64,000 nucleotides of DNA, taken from positions 96,001 through 160,000 of the forward strand of contig JBGSVZ010000092.1 of the NCBI GenBank assembly GCA_041752695.1, given 5' to 3'. Shown here piece by piece: positions 61,788-64,000 of this stretch. Within the stretch, counting starts at the first letter, position 1, and each line of letters starts with the position of its first letter. The notes beneath the pieces were generated by a model, which was given only the letters and a program-made list of their open reading frames with translations, was not told the DNA's origin and did not search any database. A program made the position numbers and the translations under genes. This stretch comes from Terrimicrobiaceae bacterium (GTDB lineage Bacteria > Verrucomicrobiota > Verrucomicrobiia > Chthoniobacterales > Terrimicrobiaceae).

Positions 61788-62576
61788 ATGATTCGTATTC
61801 TTTTCCTCGGGGACATTGTCGGCGAACCGGGACGCAGTGCCGTTATCAAGGCCGTGCCGGAGTTCCTCAAGGTGCGCGGAGTGGATTTCGTGATCGTGAA
61901 TGGCGAAAACTCTGCGGGAGGTCGCGGGATTACCGCCAAAATTGCCATCGACCTGTTGCGTTGTGGCGTGGCTGTGATCACCACAGGCGACCACATCTGG
62001 GACCAACGCGACACGGCCAGTTACATTGCGACGGAGCCACGGCTGCTGCGGCCGATCAATTATCCGACGGGCGCTCCAGGACAGGGGAGCATCGTCTTAA
62101 ATACCGCCAAGGGTCCCGTGGGCGTGCTGAACGTTCAGGGCCGCACGTTCATGCAGCCCATTTTGGAAAATCCTTTTTTAGCCGCCGAGGCCGAGGTCGC
62201 CCGGATGCGCCAGGAAACCTCGGTGATCATCGTGGATATGCACTCGGAAACGACGAGTGAGAAAATTGCCATGGGGCGTTTTTTGGACGGCAACGTCTCC
62301 GCCGTTTTGGGGACACACACCCACGTTCAGACGGCGGACGAACGTATTTTCCCCGGAGGAACAGCGTTTCTTTGCGATGCTGGGATGTGTGGACCGGACG
62401 ATTCCTGCCTTGGCCGCGACCCGGACGCCATCATCAAACGCTTCCTGGATTGTCTGCCTACGCCGTTCCCCGTGGCCGATGGACCCGTGAGACTCTGCGG
62501 CGCCATCGTGGAGGTGGATGAGGCGACCGGCAAAGCGCTCAGCATCCAACGCGTCTCCGAACGGCTGGAATCCTAA
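61788..62576 (+). CDS. YmdB/TIGR00282-family metallophosphoesterase
   Basis: LFLGDIVGEPGR, NGENSAGG, HSETTSEK and GTHTHVQTADE; ATG 61788. Confidence 0.94.
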   Translation: MIRILFLGDIVGEPGRSAVIKAVPEFLKVRGVDFVIVNGENSAGGRGITAKIAIDLLRCGVAVITTGDHIWDQRDTASYIATEPRLLRPINYPTGAPGQGSIVLNTAKGPVGVLNVQGRTFMQPILENPFLAAEAEVARMRQETSVIIVDMHSETTSEKIAMGRFLDGNVSAVLGTHTHVQTADERIFPGGTAFLCDAGMCGPDDSCLGRDPDAIIKRFLDCLPTPFPVADGPVRLCGAIVEVDEATGKALSIQRVSERLES

Positions 62577-62612
62577 CGCGAAACGCTGGTTAGGCATCCG
62601 AGCTTCGCAAGT

Positions 62613-63074
62613 ATGAATCCCGACATACAATACGAAGCTGAAACCGGCCTCCGAGCAAAGAGAGCCCTTTTCGTCAAAGTCTGTTGGTTCTTTGTCGGCT
62701 GGTTTGTTCTCAGTTGTCTGACACTTCCTTTCATTGGTCGTGTTTGGCTGGGAGAGCTGCCAGTACTAGCTGTCATCCAGTTACCGAAGATTGCCGTAGC
62801 TGGTTGGTTGCGCACTCACGTCGTGATGGAGGCGATCACATTTCTCGGTTTCTCACGAGGTTCGTTCTCCCCAGACTTTATTTTAGCACGTCCCTACGCA
62901 TTGGCGCTGGCCTACGTGATTGCGCTGGCCGTCATTGGAGTTATCAGTTTGCGCCGTTTTCGTTTCAGTGACGAGCGTCGTGGTTTGGTGATGGTCGCGT
63001 TTGTTGCGGCGGCATTCGTAGATTACATGTTCACACTCATGTTTGCCGATGGACGTTTGCTTACCATTTACTGA
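62613..63074 (+). CDS. Hypothetical membrane protein, probable integron cassette gene
   Basis: 153-aa hydrophobic ORF with atypical, T-rich composition, bracketed by GTTAGGC upstream and an attC-like site downstream. Confidence 0.72.
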   Translation: MNPDIQYEAETGLRAKRALFVKVCWFFVGWFVLSCLTLPFIGRVWLGELPVLAVIQLPKIAVAGWLRTHVVMEAITFLGFSRGSFSPDFILARPYALALAYVIALAVIGVISLRRFRFSDERRGLVMVAFVAAAFVDYMFTLMFADGRLLTIY

Positions 63075-63089
63075 ATGCGTCCGTAGCTC

Positions 63090-63212
63090 GCCTGACCAGA
63101 GGGCTGCCGCGAACCGCCGACCCGCGCTGCGATTTACGATGATGGACAACTTGAACATTTTCACTGCGTTCCCCGCTCGCGGCCCAGCGGCCGCTGAGCT
63201 TGGTCGATAAAA
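63090..63212 (+). mobile_element. Degenerate attC-like recombination site
   Basis: GCCTGAC (one mismatch to GCCTAAC, the complement of the upstream GTTAGGC), then CAGAGGGCTGCCGCGAACCGC ... GCGGCCGCTGAGCTTGGTC GATAAAA (mutated GTT core). Confidence 0.6.
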
Positions 63213-63325
63213 AACGCGCTGCGTCGCATGTCGGATTACCAGCTCGACTGGGAAATGCCGAGGATCCCAACGGTCGGTCTCTCCAGAACTTCAACCTTGG
63301 GCGTTACGCCCGAAGAGCGCACTTT

Positions 63326-63637
63326 TCAGCCCGGTATCTCGACAGAAACAATCTCGCTGGGGAAACCCACTTCCTCATCACCAATGAGGCCGGAGGCACG
63401 GTATTCGCGCATTTCCGCACGGCCAGGAATCGCCGCCGGTGTATAGTCGTCGATTTGCTGGGATTCGCAGCGGTCAATGAGAAGACGCCAAGTCTCGCCT
63501 CGAACTCGCGTTTGCACCCGAAGCGCGGGCGCACCATCCATTACGCATTGGATCCGGACGAACCCGGGTCGCAGGGAAACGGTCAGTCGGGGTTCGCAGG
63601 AATCGAGATTTGCGCTGAGCAGGATGGGGAGTGTCAT
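63326..63637 (-). CDS. Hypothetical protein (beta-sandwich-like)
   Basis: 103-aa ORF ending REYRASGLIGDEEVGFPSEIVSVEIPG; fills the gap divergent from rpmH. Confidence 0.55.
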   Translation of the reverse strand: MTLPILLSANLDSCEPRLTVSLRPGFVRIQCVMDGAPALRVQTRVRGETWRLLIDRCESQQIDDYTPAAIPGRAEMREYRASGLIGDEEVGFPSEIVSVEIPG

Positions 63638-63836
63638 GGCAATCAGGGGTTAACAGAAAACTACGCAACGGGTTGACTGGCGCAACTTCTTTTTTTCCAG
63701 GAAACTGGAAATTTTTGCGGTTTTCCTGGAGGGCATTTTCGTGCGGCAGGAGAAAATTCCCCGGGTGAGGTGATTCCGGGATTGACTTTACCGGCAATCC
63801 GGGCAATTTCCCCAATTCCACTTTTCGCGAGATTTT

Positions 63837-64000
63837 ATGAAACGCACCTATCAACCCAGCAAGCGCACGCGCAAACAGCAGTTCGGCTTCCGCGCCCGTA
63901 TGAAGACCAAGAGCGGACGCGCCATCCTTAGCCGCCGTCGGCAACGTGGCCGCAAGCGCCTCCTGCCAAAGGGTGTCGAAATCCATTTCGCCCGCCACAC
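63837..64000 (+). CDS. rpmH: 50S ribosomal protein L34; runs off the window end
   Basis: Manual translation: [54 protein letters not shown]. Confidence 0.96.
   Translation, partial: MKRTYQPSKRTRKQQFGFRARMKTKSGRAILSRRRQRGRKRLLPKGVEIHFARH

Noticed and set aside
63640..63836. oriC upstream of rpmH
   Set aside because: No TTATCCACA-like boxes were seen and dnaA is not adjacent.

Overview
A GC-rich bacterial chromosomal segment. Gene content and style suggest Verrucomicrobiota (inference only). The backbone is housekeeping: topB (partial), dprA, recF, tal, ilvE-mcsA-mcsB-clpC, gltBD, fumC, a second gltB with a double-ACT gene, Lhr-core helicase plus PdeM, a PIN-PhoH protein, pyrE, parA, an amidase, a YmdB-like phosphoesterase and rpmH (partial). 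Accessory patches interrupt it: (i) a vapBC pair with an atypical membrane gene (2.0-3.5 kb); (ii) an island between fumC and the second gltB (27.5-31.1 kb) with a membrane-anchored Mrr-like nuclease, a PIN toxin-antitoxin pair and a REPIN-like element; (iii) a 38.3-44.3 kb patch with an orphan kinase, an XRE regulator, an fccAB-type sulfide dehydrogenase, a divergent two-component system and an HNH pseudogene; (iv) a solitary, decayed integron-type cassette at 62.6-63.2 kb. The best candidates for undescribed biology are the fccAB module, whose sensor kinase has Cys-Cys pairs in both transmembrane helices and sits beside an 11-bp-periodic operator; the signal peptide/SH3-like/TM/Mrr nuclease; the orphan gltB-ACT pair; a beta-helix/degenerate AAA+/zinc-ribbon protein; and a DUF4034-CPBP fusion. 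I saw no rRNA, complete tRNA, CRISPR array, integrase or transposase. All family assignments come from motif recognition by eye, not from database searches.
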